From the NCBI RefSeq assembly GCF_009914755.1, contig NC_060927.1: DNA of 64,000 nt; one strand, 5' to 3'. The translations under genes and the position numbers were made by a program. Source of the stretch: the human T2T-CHM13v2.0 reference genome, Homo sapiens. Positions within the stretch are counted from its first letter, which is position 1, and the number at the start of each line of letters is the position of its first letter. Below, one piece after another: positions 46,811 to 61,059 of this stretch. A model generated the notes under the pieces. It worked only from the letters and a program-made list of their open reading frames with translations, was not told the DNA's origin and ran no database searches.

Positions 46811-49800
46811 GGTGAGTGATCTTTCATACACTCCTGTAAATGTATAATTTTTGAAATTTCTATAAATGTAAGCCTAAAATGAGGGCTATTGAATTAGTTT
46901 TCTAATGTATACATTTTGTAATAACAAAAATTCTGTTCAGAGGAGAAACCCTTCACAATTTCCAAGACCAAGTGATGTGTAAGTTAAGATTTTGTAGGAC
47001 GTAAATGTGCATATTTTAACCTGGTTTCTGTAAAGGTCTTACCTCTGTTGTTTTGACTCTCCTTGTGGGTAGGGATGGTCCCTTGGTCAATTGTCCCTTT
47101 TTGTCTTTGCTGGGGTTATAATTATCATGGGACTGAATGTGACTTAAGACCTCCATTTTTCCTGTCTGAGGTCTTTTTGCTGTTTCTGTTGCAATAAAAA
47201 GGATTCTAGAGAAAGAACATATAGAAATGTGATGGAATGGCCAGCTTCTCATTGGTAACTTAGCCTTGGCTTGCACTTTGATAGATTTCAGGATGGTTTC
47301 TAATTGTCCTGTATTTTGAATATGAAACTGGATTGGAAGGCACTTTTTTAGGTTCTCAATTGAATTTCATCAAACTCACTATGTTGGTTTTGCAAGTTCC
47401 TGCCATCACTCGACACACACAAACCCTCAACACACACACAAACACACACACAAAAACCCTCAACACATGCAAACCTAGCACATAGTAGGTATTCAGTAAA
47501 TGTTTGTTCAGTTGAGTTGGAAGAGGTTCCCTTTCTAATATGGCAGATGCTACTTTCAAAATAACAGAAGACTTTATTTTGAAATGCTATCAACTTCCGG
47601 AAGTGGGTTGTTGCTTTAACACTGTATACACGTATATATACTCTGGTAAACGTGATGGTAAAGCATATCTAAGTTACACATTATCACCTCCAAAAATTAA
47701 AGTAGTTTATCCCTGTTGGTTTTCCTTTCCCATTAAAGTCATTATCTGTTCACAGAGCAGCATTAGCAGCTGAAAAGACATGACAGGGAATTGAACAAAT
47801 TGAACATTCATAGTAGACAGATTTTCTCCTTCTGTGTGTGTGGATTGGACATGGCTGTGAACAGTTGGAGGTCAGACCATCACTAATATGTATAAAACTT
47901 TTGATGATAATTTACCATTTAAAAATATATTAATTTTTGGCAGAGGTGTGAACATCTTTGTCTTGCCTACAGCTTTATTTCCTGTGATACACAGAGAGCT
48001 AAAATCCACAGCGGGCCAATTTGAAAAGCAAGAAAACTTTTTCTTCATTAAAGCCCCATTTTGTTTCTTGGTGAAAGTACGTATATGAATTTCATTTTCA
48101 CTCACGAAAAAGGCCTGTGCAAAAGACTGAAATAATCAGTTAGGAAAAGAGGGATCTTATGGATTGAAATAGCCATCCTGTTTTGGCTACATTTAATGGG
48201 TTTCCCCACACTGGTCCTTTCAGTTGCCATTTTGGCTGTGCCTACTCAACCTCTAACAAATGTCTTGTAAAAGAACAAAAGGACGCATATGAATTATGAG
48301 TGGCAATGCCTTAGTATGTTAGTAGACTGTACATTTTAAAAAGAGCCATCTTCTCTTCAACTGTTGTGAAACAGATGTCTCTACCACTAAGTGGTGGGTT
48401 AGGGTTGTGGTTAGGACTGGTGTTAGGAGACAGTTGAGGTAAGAAAAGAAGAGTGAGCAATACTCAGCTAAAGGTCTCTTTCCACCTAGCAACTGGCTAT
48501 GCTTTTCCATTGGCAGTTAAAGACTGTCTGGCCTTTAACTCTTTTCTAACACCAGGTATCCAAACTACATCAGAAGAGTAAATATTGTTTGTAAGCAGAA
48601 TGGCACATTTTGGAAGTGCTTGCTTTATGTGGTATATGCATTTATGAAGAAACAAAAGTAAAGAAGGGATTTTATTTCATTATTGCAACAAAACACAATT
48701 ATTTTTGACATGTTGACATCTGACATAAAATGTCATTGCTATATCATCTCTGAATAAATCTTTCTGTTGGTTTTGCTGAAAGTCCTTAAGCCAATTTCTG
48801 TTTCTCTTTTATTCTCTTTGTTCTACGTGGTAGCCTTTAAGTTTGCAGACTGGGGTTGATTTTTAAAATAATGTTCTTATTAAAATAAAATAAAATAAAT
48901 AAAAACTCCTTAAACATTTAAGAGTCATAGTCCCCAGACAAGACAGGCATTAAATTAGCATTTGATGTTGATTTTCTTGAGTTCTTTTTTTTTCTTTCTC
49001 TGATAGTAAAGCAATACTTTCAGGTGAACAATGGCTCTGGGAACTCCCCAGAAAAACATTTCGAAGCGTTTTTTCCTCAAATATGTTGCTTAAAAGAATT
49101 TAGTATGCCATTAAAGATTAAAAATCCTACTAGTAAACTATGAAATAATATTTGGGAGAGATTCCAGAAACTGTGATGGCACCTAACCCAGTGAGGCACC
49201 CAACCCTGTGTCCTTTCTTCATAGTAAACATGTGGGACCAAGTCACAAGTGTTTGTTATTGTGCTCCTTGCTCTAGACTTAGCTCCTTTGAACATAGGGT
49301 CCCTCTTCTTTGAACCCTAGCCTTTTGTATTAATAGTTGGTGCCCCATAAATGATATTAACTCACCATAAAAATATTAATTTTTGACAGAGATGTAAAGC
49401 TTGTCTTGTCAAAACTTTATTTTTTTAATCATCCATATAGAGATTAAAATCTGTATGGAGATAAATTTTAATTTGAAAAGCAAGTTATTTTTTCTAAAAT
49501 GACACACTATTATCATGGGTCCAGCCCATGATAAAGAAAACTAGAAGTCATGACCCCTTCCTTCCTTCAAGGTGACCACCATCATTTAAATAATACTTAC
49601 ATGGCAACTACTAAATTGCAAGGCAGTATAATCAATGCGGAGAACTGTGGTAGAAACCATGAATGATGAATGAACTGGAGAAAAAGAAAGGTCCTTGTAA
49701 AGTTTCATAACTGAAGCTAAGCCTTGAAAAGAATGTTGGTGAAGAAAGTTAGCCTGATAAAAGGGAATAATTCAAGCAAAAGCATTGTGATTAGAAGAAA

Positions 49801-50058
49801 AATAGTAAAATTAGAGTCATGAGTGGAGTGTGGTATTTGCTTCATGCTAGGGAATAGTGAGATAGTTACAATTACCTTGAGAAGCCTTTTTTCCCCCCCC
49901 AGATTATGTAAGAATTGCACTTAGAATGCTGAAGGCCTGTGCCTGTTTTATTTATCAATCATTCAGGTATTCTGCTGAACAAACTTTAGAACATAAGAGG
50001 TCATGTGAGAATAATTAAGAAGATGTTAATGTTTGACCTTAGTATTTACTAATTTGGG

Positions 50059-50397
<339 letters not shown>

Positions 50398-51171
50398 CTA
50401 GTAATATTAGTAAATAAAATGTCCTTCCTTTTTATCTTGAAAGCCTTACATATAACATCCTCAAGTTTACCCATCTTCTACAAGACATGAAGTGACAAAA
50501 TCAAGATCTCCATGAGGACAAGAGGTTTTGTATTTTCTTACCAAAAATAAACTGTGCTTGAGTTTTTCTGGTTGACAGGTCTGCGCATTAATTTGAGTAA
50601 GGCAAGAGGAGCCCCACCACAGTGAAGGGTCTCTGTGTCCTCCATGGCTTCTTTATTTTCTTCTTCCTGCCTCTTCATTCACCTCATGTGAATGGACAAA
50701 AGGATTCTACTCTTTTATTTCTAATCTCTGACGTTTCAAGAAATTATAATATCTAGGTAGTGGATTTTACTAATGCTGGCATCTTACCTCTTTGGTTTTG
50801 TCACAGTTTTCCCAGTTGAACAACCACAACAATACTGCCTTATAAATAGAAGACTAGGTCTTTTAAAGCCTACTACAAATCCCCAGGGTTGAAAGGGCTT
50901 ACTCAACTCATAACCCATATGATATCTCAGGCTATTCCATTACCTTCTGCATCCCCCACCCCATTCCACACATTCTATTGATGATTTTTTTCTAGAAACT
51001 AAATAAAAGCAAATAATAATAGGGAAGTTATAATCAGAAGGTTAGTAATGAGTATTAAACAAATTGCCAGCTTGGTTTTAATGTGAGGATATGGGACATA
51101 GAAGAGAAGCAGAAGGAGACCTGGCCATGTTAACCTTGTGAAAAAATGGACTGCGGACAGGAATAGCAGGG

Positions 51172-51204
<33 letters not shown>

Positions 51205-52664
51205 GAGAGGAAAATGGGAAAAATAGTTCTGAGGGTTGGATCCAGCTTTTTCTTTTTGCAGGAATTCTGTTGTCCCTTTAGAAAATATAAAAGCCGTTCC
51301 AAGGCACATTGGCACCCATGTGGCACTGCAGTCTTCTCTTGGCACTGCCTCATCCTGTTGCTGGCAGGACAGAGCATGGACCTCTTTAGCCTCATCCTCT
51401 GTTGTTTTCTGCACAGGAGCCAAACATTGTGGCTACTCGCGAGGCAAGGCTGGCAGCTGAAGAACCCAGATGCCAAGCTCTGGACTGGACTTCTGTTCTG
51501 TTTGTGGCTGGTCCCTTCCCTGGCATCTGCCCTGGCTTTGCAGCAGCCTGTGTCCCCGTCTGCAGAGCTGGGCTCAGGATTAGGCTTCTGTTGGCTCTCA
51601 TAGATGTTCGATCACTGTTTCCCTTTTGAATTATCCTTGATTATGAGGAATGTGCCTTTATGACACATTCCTCCCCGGGTGACTGCTCAGACGATGTGCC
51701 TGCTCCTCGCTAAAAAGGGGGTTTCTCTCAAATTACCAGTAATTGTTAGTAAGAAAGCTTGTGCAATGGGAACATTTTTTTACAGGTAGGAAGATGTGAA
51801 GTGAAATACAAAATCTTGTATCTCAAACACAAATTTTTACTGTTTTTCTTATTGAGAGGAAAGCTTCTGAATTAAGTCAAACAAACAAAAAATCAAATAA
51901 CCCCAGCAACATGAGAATTTCCAGAAGATTCTTCTTTCTGTTTTAATTCATCTAAATTTCTGCCCCACATCCTTATCCAGAGACTTTTGACTTACAAAAG
52001 GTAGCGGGGCCAGGCCGGGAGGGCGGGGGCTGGGTTCTCCAGGTCACAAGAGGTAGTAACATTTATAGTATTTGTCAACAAATAGACAGATAAACATAGT
52101 TATAGTATTTGTCAACAAATAAGCTCAGAGACTGTAAGTCTAGGGTCCAAACTTCCCTCAGTGGGGGAGGAATACTGGACCATGTTCTGCTAGTAGAGGT
52201 GGAGAGGGTAGGAGGAGGAAGCCAATAAGCCTGATTGCCCCCTGATGGGGTGCAGGGATAGTTCTGCTGGTAATAGGAAGCCTCGTGCTTGCCTAGGAAG
52301 TGAAAATCAACTTGAGAACTTCACCAACTAGAAGGTAAGCTAAGTATAAATGAAGGCAATTCAGAAATACCTCTGGAATATCTTTACATCTGAGAGCCTT
52401 CTGACATTTGTTTACACTCTAGAATCTTTTGCATCAGAATTATAGACACAGTTCAAAGAGAAAGATGAATTACAGCAAAATAGAAGGTGCTTTGCTTTAC
52501 GAAGCATAATGTCTTAAATGACCTATCAGGAATTTGAGCAATTTCAGACTGAAATCACAAATCTGTCATCCTGTCTAGATGAATGCTTATTTATTGCTCA
52601 ATTTCTGCAGCTGGAAAAGGATTTTGTCCCAATGGCTCCCAATGGCAGTCTCTCCAGCTTCATG

Positions 52665-52875
52665 AAATCTCAGTGAAAGTCAAGTCAGATAGATCTGAAT
52701 TCTAGTCTCAGTTCTGCTCTTTGTTAAATTCCTGACCTTCAGTAAACTCTCAGTTTGTTCCTCTATAAAATGGGAGAAATAACAGTACCTATCTCATGGA
52801 GCTACTGGCAGTGTTACATGACAAATTCATGGCACAAAGTATGGCACAGAATCAGACCTAAATAGATGTTGGCTA
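52665..52875 (+). mobile_element. MIR
   Basis: AGTCAGATAGATCTGAATTCTAGTCTCAGTTCTGC...CTATAAAATGGGAGAAATAACAGTACCTATCTCATGG. Confidence 0.8.
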
Positions 52876-53437
52876 GTGTTAAGATTTTCCATAGGCTAGG
52901 GTGGGAAGAATACCACTCATCAATCTTTAGAGCTGCATCATTTTTATCTCGTTGGGTGACCATCAGATTTATTGACTATATTGCTTCTAATGAGGCAGAA
53001 AAAACTGTGTTATGGAGACACTTTGGACTACAAATAACATGGTGCCAGACAGGGCACACAATGATTAAAATTGCTCAGTGAAACCGTGGGCAGGATAGAC
53101 TTCAGGTTTATCCCCCTGAATGTATTATTTTAGAAAATTAAGCTGAGATATAGCCAGTTCGTAAATTACCAACAAAATAGGCATCTCCTGAGGTGGCCAC
53201 CAAAGGGAATTTAAAAACCTACGATATATAGGTACTGGGGAAATAGATCCATTAAATGGATACTCTCTGGATTTGAAAATGTGGCCATGCCCACACAGAA
53301 AATAAACAGTTGATCCATGCAGATGGCGTTAGCAGATGCAAAGCACCCTGGGAAGGGGCAGTAGTCATTAAGCAGAGCTTCAGCGTCATTCATTGGCTCT
53401 AGAAATGCGATCCCATCTTTAAGTCTAGAGTATAAAG

Positions 53438-53647
53438 CGAGGGCTGGTACTTTTTTTTTTCTGTAAAAGGACAGATAGTAAATATTTAGACTTTGCAGGT
53501 CATATGGTCTCTAAGGAGTGTAATGTAAAGCACCCACAGACAATATGCAAACAGTTAAACATGCTTGTGTTCCAATAAAACTTTATTTATAAAACTGGAC
53601 AGCAGCAGGATTTGGCATATCCATGGGTCATAGTTCTCTGATCTCTA
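53438..53647. mobile_element. MER58A hAT-Charlie MITE
   Basis: TTTCTGTAAAAGGACAGATAGTAAATATTTAGACTTTGCAGG...TGTGTTCCAATAAAACTTTATTTA; TSD GTATAAAG/GCATAAGG. Confidence 0.85.
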
Positions 53648-53834
53648 GCATAAGGGGTTAAAAATCTGCTAAGTCAATCTTCAGAATTTTATTTTGTAAT
53701 AAACTTTTAGGTAGCTCACATAGTTCCTAAACAAGGCACCTCTCATTTCTTATTTATTTCTGGTTAGCAGTTCATTGAACTAAGACGCATGAGGATTTTA
53801 AGGGATTTGAGGAAAGGGCTCAGAGACTGTAAGC

Positions 53835-54120
53835 CTGGGGTCCAAACTTAAGGGTCAGACACGTGAGAAGCAGGCCCTAATAAGATGATAGAGACTGGAA
53901 GCATGGGTCGGATGCTAGAGAAAGAGCTGGCCATTGCCATAGGGAGCTTGGACCACTGTTTCAGATTTTCCAATTTTTCAAAAGAAGCCAGAAACAAACA
54001 AACAAACAACCTCCTGATTTTTTAATAATGGCTTACCAGTTTTAAAAGCACTGTGCAACCCTACCAAAACATATATGTGATTGAAATCCGGCTTTCAGGC
54101 TGGTAGTTTGTGACCTTTGC
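53835..54120. mobile_element. MER102-like hAT-Charlie MITE
   Basis: GGGGTCCAAACT start; TTTTCAAAAGAAGCCAGAAA; CCAAAACATATATGTG...AGTTTGTGACCTTTG end. Confidence 0.7.
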
Positions 54121-56263
54121 TTTCAGCCCAGAGCTTTCCACCTCTGAAAACTGCTAGTTGCCTTGAAACGGAGCTGTAGGTTTTTCCAAGCATAGTCTGA
54201 GATCTACAAGGACTGATCAGACTTATGCCTGCTTCCTTAAAGTCACCCCTCTATTTCAAAACTGTCTACCCCACAGTGGCACCACAAAGCTCTGCCTGAC
54301 AGTATGTTCAAGGTATGCCAAGCATGCCCAATAATATCTATAGATAGATAGGATTTCATTAGAATTTGAACTGCCTGAAGGAAAGGGCAAGACTTGGCAG
54401 CCTGTTCATTACAATAAAGATTTATGGACGACCAACTCAGAAAATTCAGAGAGAAATGAGTCCATGTCGAATCTGAAATTGTCCAGCTCTGCTTGAATGT
54501 GCTAAATCCTTCTTTATCTCATTCCTGCTCTTTGTGTTTGGCAGATTTAGCTCTATGATTCAATAGAAACTATTCTCTTTTCCTAATATGAAAACTTCAT
54601 TTTATTCTAAACTCTAATAATTTGAGACTTTTTTCTGTGTTGGGTATAAACAGAAATTACCTTTTCACCACTTGAAAGTTTAATTCCCTAGTTTTAATGA
54701 ACTCCTTAAAAATAAATTGGCTACATTAGATAAAACTTGTCTTATTTATCTGACAATTTCAAACTGTGCTATTATGGAAATATTGGGGTGTGATTTATAA
54801 TTTTAATGTCCCTATGCTTATCTCATGGGTATTAATCTATTTGGGATTCATCTGTACAGAAGCCATCTGAAAATTCTTTTATGGAATAAAACTCTCATAC
54901 TAGAAGTTTTGGGAGGCTTTTAAACCCAACTTCTTTTCTTTTTCTTTTTAGGCAGCAATTCTCCCAGAAATAGTCTATTTTGCCTGACAAAATGTATCCA
55001 ATCCTGAACTTGAAAAGGTTCCACTCCTATTTGTAACTCAGTGACCCTGAGGCCCAAATTGGTATTGAACTTTCAGAAAAAGCACTCTTGGTTCTTTAAT
55101 AAGAACTTATTGGTAATTAGCACCCTAGCCCGGGCTTACATTTTGGGTTGTCAAAATAAAAATAAAAATAAAAATAAAGTGACATCTGTTGATCTGGAAA
55201 AACCCAAAACTGGATACACACATTTAGCTCTGCATTTTAGAAATTCTTAAGTTAATCCCATTTTAGCGTTCCGGAGAAAGGTGCAATGGAATAAAATGAT
55301 CCCATGAAATCCTTGTGCTCCATAAGGTGTCTTGAAGTTTGATTGGATATTAACTAAAAGATCATTTTGTTTCTCTTTTATAGCAGGAGTTGTAATGTGT
55401 TCATTTTATAACATCTCCGCTGTTTGGAATAAATCACCAAGGACAGATGCTCATCACATTTCAGTTCAATAAAATTCTTTGCAGAGTCTGAACAGATACA
55501 TGGCTAGTTGCTTTAGGTCTTTGTCCAGGCCATCATTTGTTTGGAAAATCTAATTCACAGAACAAAATAGTGTTACACTAAAGACATTGAAATTAATATT
55601 TTGTTTGCTGTTTTGTGTGTTTGTTGTTATTTTTGACAGAGATGTGCCTGTAGGACTTTACCTTCAGTTTCACAACTTCCACCTTTATAAATATCATCCA
55701 CCACCTCTTCATCTTTTCTTCAGAAACAGCACAGTTAATCTGATTTCCTGCTGTTAGATCTTCTAGTAATACCATTTTAAAGGTTCTCAGCAGAAAAATT
55801 TGTCAGTGCTCTTGAAGAAGTGCTAAAGTTCCATGTTCAGTCTTTTCTGTGGCAGTAAATAGGTTTTAAACAAGCAAAACCAAGGCATCCATTTTAAAGT
55901 AATATGTGTGTCTTGAAAAACTGTTGGTGAGTTTTGGACATCTTTCATGTGCTGTATAGCACTTCTCTTGTATTTTTTTTAAAAATCAAGAAGACATAAT
56001 CTACTGAGTTGCCAATATTCATTTTTTAAAGGAGGAGAGATTTGAGCTTAAAAAGTTGTGGCTGTACATCTTTAGCTGATTATTTTCTTGAAGAAGTTTC
56101 ATGTGGTTTTAAATTATTTATCCAAGAGGGTATGTGATAAACAGTTGAGGCTTTCCATAATGGTGTGCAAGGTAAAAATGTGCATTTTACCAAGCATTCA
56201 TAAATGCATTTTCCTGCATTTGAAAAAGTTGCACGAGTCCCCTGAGGAAATATTATCTAAGTC

Positions 56264-56265
<2 letters not shown>

Positions 56266-56304
<39 letters not shown>

Positions 56305-56434
56305 TATAGTGTGTATGTGTGTGTTTATGGGTGTGTGTGTATGTATGTGTGTATGATATGTATGTGTGTAGTGTGTGGGTATGGTGTGTGTGTGTGGTGT
56401 ATAGTGTGTGTATTTGTGTGTGTGTGTGTGTGTG
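56266..56434. repeat. TG-rich imperfect microsatellite
   Basis: Direct inspection. Confidence 0.92.
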
Positions 56435-58874
56435 AGACAGAAAGAGTAAAGGAGCCATCTGAATGTTGAGTAAATAGATAAACCCCATGGCTAGAATGGT
56501 GTTGGGGTGATAATCCTTCCCAAAGGGCAACAGAACATGCTTGCTAACCTGTCATGGTAATTTTCCTTGAAAACGAATCAAGGAAATCCAGGGTGTATAG
56601 TAACCATTTGGCTGGGCTAAGGTTCTGACACCATCTGACAGGACCAGAAAAGTGGGAAGTTAGGCCCTTGCCAGTGAATTTTGCTTACTGTTTGTTTATT
56701 AACAACCATGTCAGTGCTGGATTTACTTTCAAGCTTTCTCTCTTTCAAAAATGTGTTTCTCACTCTAGAATTGAAAGAGCATTTTTACTGGTGTATACTT
56801 TGGTTTTGACAAAAGACTCTGTGGCTGTCAGGTCATTTTAGGGTTAGCTTTTTTTTTTCCCACCCTGAAGTAGGTTTCTGAACTGCAGAGAGAAACCTTT
56901 CCCATGCACAAATCCCTAAGTTTATAGTGAGTAGACGAGAGGAAATAAAAATTATGCCCTTTCTTTTATTTAAAGATCACCTTCATGTTGAACCAGCTTT
57001 TTACTGCCATTAAATATTTGCTTTCTGGGAGCATTTGTATATATTTTCTTAGCTCTTAACTACCACATTTCTACTCAGTTTTGTATCTGCTAGCCCCAGC
57101 ATTTACAACCTACGAAAACCTCATAAATCTACTTCATTTTTCTAATAAGACATGAAAGTCCTTAATTGGCCTTAATGAAATGCACTTAAAGGGCAATAAA
57201 CGTGTTTAAGCCCCTCTTTCAGGGTGAGCTTCAGTACTCTCACTCTACTCTGTTTTAGCCTTTCTGGTAATTAATCATTTATTCATATGTGACGAATCAG
57301 TAACAAGATCAAGCAACTACTGCACAATTGCATGATAATAAGCTGCTCATATATGTGTCAAGATTTAGCAATCCTTTTTAAAGCCTAATTTAAAGTCATT
57401 TTACAACTAACCAGACTGCTTCTCTGAAGCATTTTTCTCCCAGTATCCTTTTTACATGTTTTCATTTGGATGCCATCTTTTTATTTTGTTTATAGAGCCC
57501 AGTCCGCCTTAAATCCACTTATGGCACCAGCGTGAATTTCAGCAATGCAAACATTTACCATTGTTTTTCAGTCTGCTTGGAATTCTCTCTTTGATCCAAA
57601 GGGGAGGGGTTTGGGAAGAAGCAAAAGAAGGAAAGAAAAGAATGACTGCATTTATAAATAGAAGACCCAAGAGTCCCTGCCATTTTCGTATGTATTTAAA
57701 TCCTAAATCTGCAGTGATTTATGGAGACGTGTTAATCATTTGCCTGCACCTTAGCAATCTGAGAATTCCAGCAATTTCCCATGTCACAAATATGCCAATG
57801 GTGGGGGTGGGGGTGCTTTTTCTGCAGAGGAATTCTTACTTTCAACACAAGCTCAGATCAAATATCTGAATGCCTGTTTGTGTGTACACAAGTTGGGGAT
57901 TGAATTTTCCTGGCTTTTTCTGTGCAAGTGTGTGCTCACTGGTAAGGATATATAAAGAAAGATTTTGACCTGCGCGATCACGGTAAACAGAGTTGCTTTG
58001 CCCTTACAAAATACATCTTAAGTTGATCCTAATATATGATTGAGCAGTTGTCATCAGGCATAGTCAAGGCAAGGTTATTAGGTCCAAGGAAACAAAAGTA
58101 GCTAAAGAGTAGAATCAGAAGTCCTTCTCCACCATATACTAACATATGTAGATCACTTGCAGTTTAATCATTTAGATGTCTTTAATATATGCCTAAATCT
58201 AGCAGGTGACAATTTTTTTTTTTAAATAAGAAGAGACTCTGATAAACTCAGTAGAGATGGCACTTGTAAGTAAAAACTTGCCATTGGAATTGGTTTGCTG
58301 TCTGAATTTATCTTCTTCTATTATACATTGAAATGAAGCTGTAAATATGTGGGTCCCTCCTCCAGATGCACTTAAACCTTATTAATTCTGATGTGAGGTA
58401 AAAAAAAAAAAGGTGAGTCTAAATTGGTGACAGAGGTGAGTAGTACAATATTTGAAAAGAAATGTCACTTTATTACTTTCAAGTACAAAGAACAGCTACT
58501 CCACTGTAACCAGGCAGAGGGAGCTCTGGCCAGATTCACTATTACATCTGGAAAATGACCATATGTGACAGGACAATAATTGTCTGTTGGTAGTGAATGT
58601 TCCTGAAGTGCTTGAAAATTGTTCCCTTATATAGTTTAAAAATTCTACATGCAATTTAACTGTTTTTCTTTGCAATCCCACTAATGCAAAATTTTTATTT
58701 TTTTTTATGTGTAGCCAGTAAAATTCATCACAGTGGACTTAATACATATCTGTTGATTTATGTTGACTCAGCAACATTTGTAAAAATATTTGGTCCTAAA
58801 TTTTGTTTTAAGTTACTTGGAGACCCATTCCTGAATAGAAGGCGCAAAATTAGATTTAACCAAGGCAGCATTCA

Positions 58875-58949
58875 CAGGGTTATCTCCATAAATGGCTTCC
58901 CCTGGAGTTGTGCAGTGTACAACTTGTGCATCCATACATGGTGGCTCTG
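58875..58949. mobile_element. MER91-like hAT-Tip100 MITE
   Basis: CCCCTGGAGTTGTGCAGTGTACAACTTGTGCA...GGTGGCTCTG. Confidence 0.65.
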
Positions 58950-59110
58950 GTTTTCTGTTTTGTCTGTATACACCTGGCCTTGATAAAGAATATCTATGAT
59001 AAAGATAAAGAAATATCTATGATTTTCATTGAAACATTATATTTTCTTAATTTTCAAAAGTCATATAGTCTGCTTTATCAGGTACCTCTGAAGGAGATTC
59101 TTAATTGTAG

Positions 59111-59494
<384 letters not shown>

Positions 59495-61059
59495 TGAAAT
59501 GTTACTTTACTTATGACAGAATTCCTCAGCTCAAAGAACTTTTACGAAAAAAGTAAAGTGATGAGCCCTGAGTAAAATTTTTTTTAAAAGGCCTAGTTAC
59601 TCAAGCTCCATTAATCAGCTGATTTAAATAATTTTAGAGAGAGAAAAACACAACTTTAGAATATGAAAGCTGGACTCTTTATTGGGCTTAGGATTTTAAG
59701 ATGGAGTACTATAGCCTTGGCCCTCTGACTAGCATCTCCCCTAGAATTTTGCAGAAATAATCACAATATGTAAAAATAATCAAAATGTGTAAAAATAATT
59801 GCAATAAGATGATAATTTAGCAGTAAAAGGAAAATTCCAGACCCAGTTTAATCAGTTAAAGTGTCTCTCTGGTTCTTCTGATTTGTTGTTCATTTATGCT
59901 GGGCAGCTGGACAATAGGATTTTGCATGGGCCACAAACAATGAAATAAAACAGCAAGATGTACTGTATTTTACTGAAACATACAATAAAGGGCAGCAGGG
60001 GACTAGTCAAAGCCCAATATTCAAAGACTAATTTTTTATCTCTACTTTATTTCCTAAACCAAAATGTTTTTGGTTATAAATATTGGATGAAAGCAAAATG
60101 TACCACATTTGCTAACATGGAGGCAATACCTAAACCTACTTTTTATAAGAATTAAATTAATATCATGTAAGTAGTTTTATAGTTTTAGCATTTTATTATT
60201 ATTTATGTTCTAACTGCTCTGCATAAATAGAACTGTTTCTTGCTTCTTTTTTGTTTTTACTACTAATAAAAAGTAATAGGTATAATAATTCAGGGACTGT
60301 TTGCATTTCAAGGCATTTTCTGTTTGGTCTTGGTGGCCTGTGGAAGGAGACATACCCCAAACCAGAGTGTAAGAAGCTTTAATAACAAACGTAGGAAGCA
60401 CTTCTACGGAGCATTAGATGTTTAGGCAAGGATGTCTAAAACAAACATGGACAAATCAAGGCTTTAAAATTGTTCAACAAAAGCCAGCCCAACTAATGAT
60501 TGCATTGTGTGAGCAGAAATAGATATATGTTAACTCCCAGCTTCGTTCATGTATGTCTGGCAATTGCAGAACATCCATATATTTATTAATAAATATCTTC
60601 CCTATTTACCTGCTGATTTCTCGGAACACTTAAGAAAGAGAAGAAAATAGCTTTATTTGTGACGGGCAGGAAGGCGATTTTTAACCACAACAACCGTGCT
60701 TTCTTATATTTTCTTAAAAAAGCCTTTTCAGAAGTAAGAAGTAACAGGAGATACTTAAGTGGAAATCAGAAAATTGAAATCATTTCCTTGTGAAAGTCAG
60801 AGGTTTGTGATTTCTTGAGGAAATTATGTAGAAATTCATGCTTGGAAATCTGGAAAACTGGACTAGTAGCTAAGACCATGTTCCTTGTGTGGACAGATCT
60901 AGGGCTATATTTTAATGCCCTTATGCCTCAAATCCCTTACTCCTATCACTTCTTAAGTATGTAGACAGCACAAACAACCCCTGCAATGCAGGTGCCTCCT
61001 AGCTTCTTCTCTCCCAAAGAAAAGAACACAAACTTACTTTTTTCCCCAGAGAGATTTTT

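Noticed and set aside
52063-52121. 22-bp palindromic direct repeats with a spacer as a mini-CRISPR
   Set aside because: Only two copies, 15-bp spacer, eukaryotic context, no cas genes
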